A stretch of DNA of 64,000 bases from an uncultured Gemmatimonadaceae bacterium (lineage in GTDB: Bacteria; Gemmatimonadota; Gemmatimonadetes; Gemmatimonadales; Gemmatimonadaceae), in NCBI GenBank assembly GCA_963761305.1, contig CAVXGK010000002.1, forward strand, positions 2,560,001-2,624,000, written 5' to 3'. Every line of letters begins with the position of its first letter. Positions within the stretch are counted from its first letter, which is position 1. The position numbers and the translations under genes are program-made. The notes below the pieces were generated by a model, which made no database searches, was not told the DNA's origin, and was given only the letters and a program-made list of their open reading frames with translations. Shown piece by piece: positions 47,553 to 56,760 of this stretch.

Positions 47553-48077
47553 ATGAGATCCCTCGCATCCTGCGTACGTGTGCGCGAACGGCGAAGTCGT
47601 TTGACGGAGTGCCCGACTGGCGGCACGCCGGCTCTTCCGCGCGCTCGACCGGGCTTCTCGCTCATCGAAACGATGGTCGTGCTTGTGATCGTCGGCATTA
47701 CGTCGTCGATCACGGTGGGAAAGATTCAGCAGCTCATGGTCCAGAACCGCATCCAGCGGGCCGCCACCTCGGTGCAGAACGACATGGAGGCTGCGTTCGC
47801 CATCGCGGTGCGCGACCACACTCCCATTCGCATCTCATGGAACTCCTCGACGATGCAGATGGCCGTGACGAATCGCGCGGGTACGACGGCCTTTCGGCAC
47901 ACGAATCTGGGCATGGGTGCCTACGGTCTCCGGTCGGCTGACGTGAGCTTCTCCAGATCGCCGCTCGAGGTTTATCCGGATGGTCTGGCGAATGACACAC
48001 TCACGATCACGATCAGCCACACGAGCATCACGAGACACGTCCGCATGACTCGCACCGGCATGGTGCTCATCCAATGA
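47553..48077 (+). CDS. Prepilin-type protein, FimT/FimU/GspH-like (start uncertain)
   Basis: G/FSLIETMVVLVIVGI class III signal peptide. Confidence 0.85.
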   Translation: MRSLASCVRVRERRSRLTECPTGGTPALPRARPGFSLIETMVVLVIVGITSSITVGKIQQLMVQNRIQRAATSVQNDMEAAFAIAVRDHTPIRISWNSSTMQMAVTNRAGTTAFRHTNLGMGAYGLRSADVSFSRSPLEVYPDGLANDTLTITISHTSITRHVRMTRTGMVLIQ

Positions 48078-48493
48078 CATGCCCACGCGTACGTCCTCGG
48101 AAACGCCTCCGCGGCGGTTTTTCGCTGATCGAGATCATGGTCGCGATGAGCGTTTTTTCGCTCGTCATGTTGAGTCTCGCGAAGGTCATCACCGGACTCG
48201 CGGTTCGCGGCCAGACGAACGACCTCGTGGCGAAGCGAAACGCTGCGCTGCAACTCGAAGCCAACAAGTTTGGCGGCGTTCCGTATGCCAGCCTTTCGGG
48301 GTGGTCGACGGCCAACAAGACCATTACGCTCGGAAACTTCACATATACCCGGAAGCTGACGATCACACAGTCGGCGACCAACCGCTACACGATCAAGATC
48401 ATCGTGGTGCCGTCCTTGAACACCACGAAACCGGATTCGGTCATACTCGACCGCACAAAACCGCCCTCGTCGGCGCTTTGCGTGGGGTGCTGA
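48074..48493 (+). CDS. Prepilin-type protein, PilV-like
   Basis: G/FSLIEIMVAM motif; ATGA overlap with the upstream gene. Confidence 0.85.
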   Translation: MTCPRVRPRKRLRGGFSLIEIMVAMSVFSLVMLSLAKVITGLAVRGQTNDLVAKRNAALQLEANKFGGVPYASLSGWSTANKTITLGNFTYTRKLTITQSATNRYTIKIIVVPSLNTTKPDSVILDRTKPPSSALCVGC

Positions 48494-48494
48494 G

Positions 48495-49379
48495 ATGTCG
48501 TCACGCCGATCAGGGTTCACGCTGGCTGAAGTGGTCCTCTCGTTGGTGATTGCCGCAATCATCGCCACGTCGTTCACAAAACTGTCCGTTTGGCAGAGCC
48601 GGTACTTCGACCACGAGACGAATGCGCGAGCCGCGCGCAGCGCCGCGCGGGCCGCGACCAACGTCATGCTCGCCGACCTCCGGATGGTTCAGGATTCCGG
48701 CGGCATCGATTCGGCAGCTTCAAATGGGAAAACGATTCGCCTGCGCGTTCCCTACCGCTTCGGCCTCGTGTGCGGGACGACCGGAAATGTCACGACAGTG
48801 AGCATGCTCCCGTCGGACTCCGCGATGGTCGCGTTGTCGGTGTACCGCGGGTTCGCCTTCCGTGACTCGACGAGCGGCCGATATACCTACATTTCGCCGA
48901 GTGCTCCGACCTCGTCGGACGCTCCTACGTCCGCCAGCTCGCCGTCGACCTGCACGGGCAGCGGGTCGGGGCAGGCACAGATTCGAACCGTTTCGGTGAG
49001 CGGAAGAACGGGCTCCTTGCTCGACTTGCCCAACGAGTCAGCGTCAGGTGCCCGGGCAGCCGAAGCCGTGCTCTTCTGGCAGCACATCACGTACTCGTTC
49101 GCCACCTCGTCGAGCTATTCGGGGCGCATCGGGCTTTGGCGCACGGTAGAAAACGGGACGAGCGAGGAGCTCATGGCGCCGTTCGACACGTCGGCCCGGT
49201 TCAAGTTCTACGTCTCCGGCGAGGACACGTCCCGCACCACGCCGCCGGCCCTGTCGAACATCCGTGGACTGGACCTGGTTCTGACGGGAATCAGTCCACA
49301 CGCCTCGGCTGCGGATACCTCCCACCTGAAAGCCAAACTCGTTACGTCGGTGTTCTTCAAGAACGTTCGCGCATTTTGA
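48495..49379 (+). CDS. Prepilin-type protein, PilW/PulJ-like
   Basis: G/FTLAEVVLSL and ADLRM motifs. Confidence 0.83.
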   Translation: MSSRRSGFTLAEVVLSLVIAAIIATSFTKLSVWQSRYFDHETNARAARSAARAATNVMLADLRMVQDSGGIDSAASNGKTIRLRVPYRFGLVCGTTGNVTTVSMLPSDSAMVALSVYRGFAFRDSTSGRYTYISPSAPTSSDAPTSASSPSTCTGSGSGQAQIRTVSVSGRTGSLLDLPNESASGARAAEAVLFWQHITYSFATSSSYSGRIGLWRTVENGTSEELMAPFDTSARFKFYVSGEDTSRTTPPALSNIRGLDLVLTGISPHASAADTSHLKAKLVTSVFFKNVRAF

Positions 49380-49393
49380 CCACGGAGCAACGC

Positions 49394-50509
49394 ATGCGAT
49401 TCTCTCTCGCCAATCGAAAAGGCCTCACGCTGCCGATCACCATCCTGGTGATGACGGCGCTCGCGGCGGCGCTTGCCGCCGGCTTCGCGGGGGCCGGATC
49501 AGAAATCACGACCAACACCGCCGAACGGAGCCAGAACCGCGCGTATCACAACGCGGAGACGGGTCTCGAGCAGTTTTTGACGCTGCGCAGCACGACCGGG
49601 TTCTGCCAGCACTGCGGCGATCCGACGGTCGTCGACTCGGAGTGGACGCACATTGCGCTGCCGAGCGGCTACGCCGATGTCGTCGCGGTGAAGGTGCGGC
49701 CCGTGATCGGCGCCAACGATGCGATGTACTTCATTCGGTCCACGGGCACCGACACTTCGGTCAGGCTCAGCGGCGCGGGGACCACCACCTACGCCCAGCG
49801 CACGGTCGGTCTCTACGCCACGTGGAACACCGCGACGATCCAGGTTCAAGCGGCGTGGCTCAGCCTGGCCGGCCTCCAAAAGCATGGATCCGCTGGCACC
49901 ATCAGCGGCATCGACCAGTGCGGAAAGCAACCGTCCGTCGCGGGTATCATGGTCGACTCCGGCATGTACAGTGTTAGCGGGAACTTCACTCCGGAAGGCA
50001 GTCCACCGCTCGACACGACGAACGACTACACGGCACTCAAGGCCAAAGTCGGGTCCACTCTCGACTGGGCAAGCATCATGGCCGGCGCAATTCCGGCCGA
50101 TGTCACGGTCCCTGGACAGTCCTTCCCCAGTTCATCGCAGTTCGCCGACACCACCTATTGGCCGGTCATCCGCATTCACTCGAATGGGTATTCGCTCCCG
50201 ACCGCCGGCCAGGGAACCATCATCGCCGACAGCGACTTTACGATTTCCGGTTCCAACATGTGGAAAGGCATCATCATGGTGGGCGGCGTGTTGACGTCGA
50301 ACGGAAACAACGTGACCGCCGGCGCCACGCTCAGTGGCCTCAACTGGTTGGTCTCCCCCACCCAGCCGGCGATGTCGACGGTCGACGCAACGGCGAACGG
50401 CACGAAGTCCTACACGTACGATTCGTGCAACGTGTCCAATGCGACCTCGAAGCTCAGAAAGTACTCGGCATTGCCGAACAGTTGGATCGACAATCTCGCT
50501 GCCTGGTAG
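49394..50509 (+). CDS. PilX/GspK-like minor pilin
   Basis: KG/LTLPITILV lacking Glu5, and AY.NAETGLE, both typical of the PilX N-terminus. Confidence 0.8.
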   Translation: MRFSLANRKGLTLPITILVMTALAAALAAGFAGAGSEITTNTAERSQNRAYHNAETGLEQFLTLRSTTGFCQHCGDPTVVDSEWTHIALPSGYADVVAVKVRPVIGANDAMYFIRSTGTDTSVRLSGAGTTTYAQRTVGLYATWNTATIQVQAAWLSLAGLQKHGSAGTISGIDQCGKQPSVAGIMVDSGMYSVSGNFTPEGSPPLDTTNDYTALKAKVGSTLDWASIMAGAIPADVTVPGQSFPSSSQFADTTYWPVIRIHSNGYSLPTAGQGTIIADSDFTISGSNMWKGIIMVGGVLTSNGNNVTAGATLSGLNWLVSPTQPAMSTVDATANGTKSYTYDSCNVSNATSKLRKYSALPNSWIDNLAAW

Positions 50510-50521
50510 CGGTCGGCGCGC

Positions 50522-52975
50522 TCAGCCGGGGTCGATCCCGAACGGATCCCCCGGCGGCGCGACGAGCGAGCGCGTGAGCTTCGGCAACTCACCCTTCTCG
50601 ATCCACCGCGTACAGTCGTTCACGATCGACAACCAGTGTGCCCGCTCGTCGTCGTCCTTCGCGGCGGCGAGCCTCGCACGCGCGCGATTGCGCAGGTCGC
50701 CGACCTTGAGCGCGGCCATCGCGCGAACCTCCGGCGCGGCGTCCGAATCGGCGGCGAGATAGAGCAGCTTTTCCGTCACCACACGCTGCGTGACGCGTTG
50801 GAGCGCGGCGAGCTTCGGCGTCGGCGCGTTCCCGTTCCACGTCGCCGAGACGAGCGCGTCGATCGTCGTGCCGAGGGTAAGGTGCTGTCCCGGGCCGCGC
50901 GTCGCGAACTGGACGAGACGCGCCGCGCGGTCGCGCTGCAGAATCATGTCCACGACCATTTGCGCCAGCGTCTGCGCCGCGCCCAGCTCGTCGAAAACCG
51001 GTCGGGTGCGACTGCCGAACAACTCGACGAACGGGGTCACCTCATTCGCGTTGGGCGACATGAGCGACAGCACCGTGTCCGGAATGGCCAGCTCTTCCGG
51101 GTGGAGCGCGGCGAGCATGTCGCGGAGCGCGTTCGCCTGTTGCTGATAGGCAATCGGGCGCGTCGCTTGCTGCCCGTCGCCGCGCACCGCATTCGCGTAC
51201 TCCAGTCCACCGATCGTTTTCGACAGTGCGTTCAATGCGAAGCGGTGCATGAAGTACAGCGCCGCGAACCGCTCCTGCAGCAGCGTGATGGGCTCGCCGA
51301 CGCGGATGTTGCGCTCGCCGAACTTCGACACGGCCACGTGCCGCACCGACGTCTCGGCGTTCAGGAAGTCGAACGGCGACGCGGCGTCGTCCCAGAGGTT
51401 CACGCGCGGATCCGAGCCGTACTCGGGGCGGGCGTCGGCGTCGGACAGGAACAGGTAGCCGCGGCGGAGACCGTCGGTGACGATGGCGTGCAGCGAATCG
51501 CGCTCGTTCGCCGCGGGAAAGATTCCGTAGCCCCAGTGAATCGCCCAGATGTCGTACGCGCCGGGTCCCACGGCGTACGCCTGTGAGAGATCGATGTGGC
51601 CGCCGGCGTCGAGTCGCACGCGCGGCGGCGGATAGTCCATCACCGAGGCGCGCTCGTACGTCGACGCGATGTAGTTGTGCTCCAGGCCGAGCGTGTGGCC
51701 GACCTCGTGCGCGCTCACCTGCCGCACGCGCGCGAGAACGAACGCCGTGTCCGCCGGCGACGCGTCGGCGCCCATCAGTGCCGCGTACAGGTTGTAGTCG
51801 GTGCGCGCGCGGTGCGAATCGAGCCGCGCCATGCCTTTGATCATTTCGCCGGTGCGAGGATCGGTGAGCGCGCCGCCGACGGACCACCCGCGCTCGTTGC
51901 GATTCTCCCACTGCACGACGTTGTATCGCGAATCCATCGGATCCACGCCCTCGGGCAGCAGCTCCACCTTGAATCCACCGACGAGACCGGCCTTGTCGAA
52001 TGCCTGCTCCCACCACTTCACGCCTTCCAGCGTCGCCGATCGAATCGGCTCGGGGATGCCGCGATCCACGTAGTACCTGATCGGATCCTTGATCGGCGAG
52101 CGCGGATCGTTGGGGTCGACGCGCTGCAATCGGTGGCGCGACGCGAGCGTCACCGACAACGACTGCTGGATCGGTCGAGAATAGTCCTTGAACGTCACGC
52201 CGAAGAAGCCGACGCGCGGATCGCGCTCGCGGGTTCGGAATCCGGCGTCGGGAAGTTTCACGAAGCTCAGGTGCTGGCGGAGCGTGAACGCCGTCGCGTC
52301 GGGCACGATCGATCCAATGACCGGACCGGGCCGTCCCGTCACCGCGAACGTCAGCGACGCGTCGATCTCGGTGTTGTCGGGGAACGCCTTCGTGTCCGGC
52401 CGGTACACACTCGAGCGGTCGCGAGCCACGGCGTACGTACCCTGCTGAGTCTGGGCGAGGGTCCGCGCGACGTCGTTCCAGTCTCGCAGCGCCACGTCGG
52501 TGGCGTCCACCAGGAGCCTGCCGTTCTCCTCCGCCAAAAGCTGCATGGCGGCGACCGTGCTGGGCGGGAATGCCTCGGCAACCGATCTCGCGTGGTCGGG
52601 ATTGGTGGCAGACCCGCGGTACGCCCAGTTCTCGAGAACAAGAAGGACTCGGTCGCCGTCATGGTCGAACCGGGCGACGTGTGTCTCTCCGTTGGCGCCA
52701 CGGTCGATGCCGATCGGGTTCGAGCCGAGTCCCGTCGCTTGCGAGACGAGCAGGAGCGCACGCGTCGAGTCGCGGGGAATCTCGAGCAGGATGCGGCCTT
52801 GGCGCTGGTCAAGATAGATTGGAAGGAACCCGTCGAGACGTTCCATGCCGGCCGTGCGTGCGGCGATGCTCGTCCCGGGAGCGGTGGGAATCTGCGCCGT
52901 CACGGGCGTCTGCGGGTACGCGGCAGCGAACAGTGAACCGATCGCGGTGACGACAGTGGTGTACGAGAAAGTCAT
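50522..52975 (-). CDS. Secreted zinc-dependent metalloprotease (DUF5117/DUF4953, EcxA-like)
   Basis: DPRVGFF, W..AF.KAG, DPRTGE, HEVGHTLGLEHN and Met-turn SVMDY motifs. Confidence 0.9.
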   Translation of the reverse strand: MTFSYTTVVTAIGSLFAAAYPQTPVTAQIPTAPGTSIAARTAGMERLDGFLPIYLDQRQGRILLEIPRDSTRALLLVSQATGLGSNPIGIDRGANGETHVARFDHDGDRVLLVLENWAYRGSATNPDHARSVAEAFPPSTVAAMQLLAEENGRLLVDATDVALRDWNDVARTLAQTQQGTYAVARDRSSVYRPDTKAFPDNTEIDASLTFAVTGRPGPVIGSIVPDATAFTLRQHLSFVKLPDAGFRTRERDPRVGFFGVTFKDYSRPIQQSLSVTLASRHRLQRVDPNDPRSPIKDPIRYYVDRGIPEPIRSATLEGVKWWEQAFDKAGLVGGFKVELLPEGVDPMDSRYNVVQWENRNERGWSVGGALTDPRTGEMIKGMARLDSHRARTDYNLYAALMGADASPADTAFVLARVRQVSAHEVGHTLGLEHNYIASTYERASVMDYPPPRVRLDAGGHIDLSQAYAVGPGAYDIWAIHWGYGIFPAANERDSLHAIVTDGLRRGYLFLSDADARPEYGSDPRVNLWDDAASPFDFLNAETSVRHVAVSKFGERNIRVGEPITLLQERFAALYFMHRFALNALSKTIGGLEYANAVRGDGQQATRPIAYQQQANALRDMLAALHPEELAIPDTVLSLMSPNANEVTPFVELFGSRTRPVFDELGAAQTLAQMVVDMILQRDRAARLVQFATRGPGQHLTLGTTIDALVSATWNGNAPTPKLAALQRVTQRVVTEKLLYLAADSDAAPEVRAMAALKVGDLRNRARARLAAAKDDDERAHWLSIVNDCTRWIEKGELPKLTRSLVAPPGDPFGIDPG

Positions 52976-52988
52976 GAAAGAAATGAGG

Positions 52989-53627
52989 ATGGAAAAAGTG
53001 GCCCGACGTCTCGTGCGCTGGGATAGAATACGGTGCGGAATCCTTCTCGTCACCGTGTCAGCGTGCATGCACAGCGCGCCGCACCTCTACGGTCAGTACA
53101 ACGACCTGGCGCCGAAGGTGGCACCGACGGTTGGCGAGCGGACGCCTCGACATCTGACCGTCCAACTCGCGAAACCCGCGAATGTCGCGGTGTTCCTCGT
53201 CGTGCCGGGCCGCGGCAGCACGCTCCTGTTCCCGGCGGATTCGCTCCAGAACCAGTACGTCGAAGCCGGGTCGCACCTCGTCGAAACGAGCGCCACCAGG
53301 ACGACGACCAGCGATAGCTCTCGCCTCGCGCGTCTGCCCAACACCACGCAGCCGCAACAGGGCCAGCGCGGACAAAACCGCAACGGGAACCGGACGACCG
53401 GCTTCTCGCGCGACTCGGCGATGGGGATCGGGTTCAATCAGCGCGGCTACCTGCTGATCTACGCGTCGCAGCAGCCGCTCAACTATTCGCTGCTGTCGAC
53501 GCGCGTGGTCGGGTTGTCGATCCCGATCGACGACGACGATGCGCTGAACACCGTGCAGAAGCTGATTCGGTCGGTGACGCAGACGACGGGGCCGTGGGCG
53601 GCATCAGCGTCGGAATATCCGCGGTGA
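52989..53627 (+). CDS. Hypothetical lipoprotein, possibly DUF4384-like (start 52989 or 53013)
   Basis: ILLVTVSAC lipobox, ANVAVFLV.PG.G.TLLFP and GYLLIYAS..PL motifs. Confidence 0.65.
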   Translation: MEKVARRLVRWDRIRCGILLVTVSACMHSAPHLYGQYNDLAPKVAPTVGERTPRHLTVQLAKPANVAVFLVVPGRGSTLLFPADSLQNQYVEAGSHLVETSATRTTTSDSSRLARLPNTTQPQQGQRGQNRNGNRTTGFSRDSAMGIGFNQRGYLLIYASQQPLNYSLLSTRVVGLSIPIDDDDALNTVQKLIRSVTQTTGPWAASASEYPR

Positions 53628-53672
53628 TCGATCAGTCGAACGTCGTGGCTGACGCCTGATGACGGGACAAGC

Positions 53673-53703
53673 TCGGCGCGGCGATGAACCGCGCCGATTT
53701 TTT
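53673..53703 (+). terminator. Intrinsic terminator
   Basis: 9 bp stem TCGGCGCGG/CCGCGCCGA with a 7 nt loop, followed by TTTTTT, between convergent genes. Confidence 0.8.
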
Positions 53704-53711
53704 CGCCTATC

Positions 53712-55508
53712 TCAGCCGGTCGTCCCCTTGAGGATTCCATTCCGAATCCTCACCGCCTTCGCGCCCGCCGACGGATCCGCATCGACCACGATGTCCCCCG
53801 GCCCGAAGCGCAGTTTCCCGGGCAGCGTGACCGTCTCCGACCCTCGCCGTACCTTGATCGGAAATGCCGAGCCCTCGACCGACGCACCGAACTTGGCCCG
53901 CAATCGAGCTCCGAACTGCTGGTCCTGAACCGCCACGTCGCCGACCGTGAGCAGATAGTCGCCGGCCCGCACGCCGGCTGCCGCGGCCGCGCCGCCGTCC
54001 AGGACCTGCACCACCACCACTCCGTTCGAATCGATCTGCGTCATCACGCCGAGTCGCGGCACCATCGCGGCGTGCGCGCGGATGCCCGCCAGTGAGAAGA
54101 TGCTGTCGATCGGAAACGGCGCCCGCCCGTCGATGTACCTGGCGCTGAACGCGGCGAACGATTTGCCGGCGGCCGCCGCGCTCACCGCATTCCACCAGTC
54201 TGCCGACGTGAACCCATGGCCGTGCTTGTAGGTCGACTGATAGAGTCCACGCATCACGTCGTCGAGTGAGTGCGCGTTGTCGCTCGCGTCGCGGATCATG
54301 ATGTCGAGCAACAGTCCGGCGAGCGATCCCTTCGGGTAGTAGATGTACTCGGTGCCGTCCACCGGATGCACCCAGGTGTTGAGCGACGCGTCCTCGACCG
54401 AGACGGGCGTGCTCGCCGCGACCTCATTCACCTTTTCGGCCGTGAGACTGTAGAACCCCTTTTCGTCCACAACGCCGCTCCGAACCTCGGCGAGGTCGGC
54501 GTAGTAGTCGGTGATGCCCTCGGAGACCCACAACCACGGCGTCGGCTGCGGGTGACCGTACTCGTATGGCCACATGTCGGCGGGCCGCAGCCGCTTCACG
54601 TTCCAGGAATGAAAGATTTCGTGCGCGTAGAGCGACGGCTGGAAATCGCCGCCGACGTATGCCGGGGAGAGCACGTCGACGTGGGAGCTCTGATGCTCGA
54701 GCCCGCTCGCGCCGCCGAACGTCGAATCGACGATCTGCATGACCGTGTAGCTCTGCCACGGCGTCTCCCCGAACACGGCCGACTCGGGTGGGATCACGTG
54801 CTTGAGTTGGTCCCACACCGCGACCCGCTGCGCCCCGGCGACGACACCGGCCGGATAGCTGGCGAATCGCACCCACCGATCCACGATTCGATTGCTGTCC
54901 AGATCGAACCGGCCGACGAAGAACGGCATGTCCACCAGGTCGTGGTAGTTGCCGGCCGCGAACGTGTCGCGCGCCGGTCCGGTGGCGGCGGTCATGGCAC
55001 TCGTGACCCGCCAGTCGCTCTCGGTGTGAACCGTCACCGTGGCCGCGAAGTCGAGCGGCTGTCCTTCGGGATAGAGAAAGAGGTTCGTGCCGTTGAAGAG
55101 CAGGAAATCCGGCTTCGTCCACGACATCGCGTTGTCGAGGGTGTCGGCGCGATAGCGAAACGTCACGCGGACTGACTTCGCGCCGGCGGGACGGATGCGC
55201 CATTTCTCGAAATCGAGCTTGTCCCAGATGAGTGGCTTGCCGTCGCCGGTCGCGTCGAACCCGATGACCCACCGGGAAAAATTGCTGATCTCGTACGCGC
55301 CGGGCGTCCACGCGGGAAGCGAGAGCACGACGGGCCCGGCGCCCGACGTCCCGAACGTCATCGCCACGTCGACCATGCGTTGCTCGGCATTGGAGCGCAG
55401 GAACGTGACGTCATAGTGGACGTCGTGGATGGGCGACGAGGTGCTGTCGTTGTGCGTGGCTTGCGCGGTCAGCACGCAAGGAACCAGGAGGGCCCAGAAC
55501 GGTTTCAT
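53712..55508 (-). CDS. M61 family glycyl aminopeptidase with C-terminal PDZ domain
   Basis: LPAWTPGAY, GLEH, HEIFHSWNVKRLRP, LWVSEG.T.YY and YY.KG motifs; PDZ-like tail. Confidence 0.92.
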   Translation of the reverse strand: MKPFWALLVPCVLTAQATHNDSTSSPIHDVHYDVTFLRSNAEQRMVDVAMTFGTSGAGPVVLSLPAWTPGAYEISNFSRWVIGFDATGDGKPLIWDKLDFEKWRIRPAGAKSVRVTFRYRADTLDNAMSWTKPDFLLFNGTNLFLYPEGQPLDFAATVTVHTESDWRVTSAMTAATGPARDTFAAGNYHDLVDMPFFVGRFDLDSNRIVDRWVRFASYPAGVVAGAQRVAVWDQLKHVIPPESAVFGETPWQSYTVMQIVDSTFGGASGLEHQSSHVDVLSPAYVGGDFQPSLYAHEIFHSWNVKRLRPADMWPYEYGHPQPTPWLWVSEGITDYYADLAEVRSGVVDEKGFYSLTAEKVNEVAASTPVSVEDASLNTWVHPVDGTEYIYYPKGSLAGLLLDIMIRDASDNAHSLDDVMRGLYQSTYKHGHGFTSADWWNAVSAAAAGKSFAAFSARYIDGRAPFPIDSIFSLAGIRAHAAMVPRLGVMTQIDSNGVVVVQVLDGGAAAAAGVRAGDYLLTVGDVAVQDQQFGARLRAKFGASVEGSAFPIKVRRGSETVTLPGKLRFGPGDIVVDADPSAGAKAVRIRNGILKGTTG

Positions 55509-55760
55509 CGGGGTGAGGCGGTCATGTTGTGATTTAAAATTCGCCCATCCTCATCGGGCTGTCACGGCTAAGTTTTGGCGGCGCCGAACGTCGTACACTC
55601 TCCCGACATTTCCGCTACACCCCGAAGCTTGACGGCGGGTTGCGCAGCGACAGGCGCGGGGCTTGCCACGTCCCTTCGCCAGGCCCGGACTTCGAGGCTC
55701 GGCGCGCCGGTCCCCGCGGCAGGTCCGGTCTGTGGGCACGCATCGCGCCGGTGACGTACA

Positions 55761-56693
55761 TTGGGTGGTCGACAGTTGCATTCCGTGGGACCCTCGGGGC
55801 TGCTCGCGTTGGACGCGCAGTGCAGCTCCGATGTGAAGCGGGAGAGACTCGTGGGCTTTCTGGGGGGCAGCTCGAGTCGAGGTAGAGGGCGGTTCGCCGT
55901 TCCTCATTGGTCGATCGGCGCCGCGCGTACGACGGCGATCGCCGCCCTTGGCGCGGCCATCGCCGCTTTCGTCGTTCCTGCGCGGGCCGTCGCCCAAAAG
56001 GGCACCGGCGCCATCTCCGGCATCGTCAAGGACAGCGCCGGCGTCGCCATTCCGAGCGTCGAGGTCGTCGTCATCAAGACCGGTGTTACCGTGCGCAGCG
56101 ACTCTCACGGCAAGTTCGTCATCGCCGGCGTGCCCGTCGGCTCGACGGACATCAGTTTCCGCCGCATCTCGTTCGCACCGGTCGTTCTCAGCTTTCCAAT
56201 CGCCGAGGACGATACGATCGAGGCCCAGGTGACGCTCGGCGGTTCCGTGCAAGCGCTGCCGGCGACCGTCGTAGACGCGCCCGTCGAACATCAGCGGCGG
56301 CTCGACGCGTTCGAGGCGCACAGGCGAGCGGGAGCCGGGCACTTCATCACCCGGTCGGACGTCGAGCAGCGCGCGCCACACAGGCTCACGGACCTGCTTC
56401 GCTCGATCCCGGGCACGTCCGTCGACGTCGACGCGAACGGACTCCCCACGCTGCATTTCGCCGGAGCGCCGCACAGCTCGAACTGCACGCCGGCCTACTA
56501 CATGGATGGCATGCGCGTCCGCGCGCTGAACATCGACGACATCTCGCCGGTCGACATCGAGGGGATCGAGCTATACTCCGGCTCGGCGGGTCTTCCACCC
56601 GAATACAATCAGTTCTTCCTCGGCAGCACTTCGGTGTGCGGAACGGTCGTCATCTGGACTCGACTTCCCGGCAACAAATCCGGCGCGAGCTGA
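55761..56693 (+). CDS. Carboxypeptidase-regulatory-like plus TonB plug-like domain protein, no barrel (true start probably downstream)
   Basis: ISGIVKDSAG, SDSHGKF, GHFITR.D, DLLR.IPG, C.P.YYMDG and IELY.G...CGTVVIWTR motifs. Confidence 0.8.
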   Translation: MGGRQLHSVGPSGLLALDAQCSSDVKRERLVGFLGGSSSRGRGRFAVPHWSIGAARTTAIAALGAAIAAFVVPARAVAQKGTGAISGIVKDSAGVAIPSVEVVVIKTGVTVRSDSHGKFVIAGVPVGSTDISFRRISFAPVVLSFPIAEDDTIEAQVTLGGSVQALPATVVDAPVEHQRRLDAFEAHRRAGAGHFITRSDVEQRAPHRLTDLLRSIPGTSVDVDANGLPTLHFAGAPHSSNCTPAYYMDGMRVRALNIDDISPVDIEGIELYSGSAGLPPEYNQFFLGSTSVCGTVVIWTRLPGNKSGAS

Positions 56694-56760
56694 TCGGCGG
56701 CCGTTCTCGCTCAGACTCCTCGCACGCTTCGGCCTGCTCTACTCCCTCCCCCAAAAAGAC

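Noticed and set aside
55620..55900. Possible cobalamin or glycine riboswitch upstream of the plug-domain gene
   Set aside because: Only fragments (GAAGCGGGAGAGAC) match, and the other conserved core elements are not visible. An Rfam scan would settle it.
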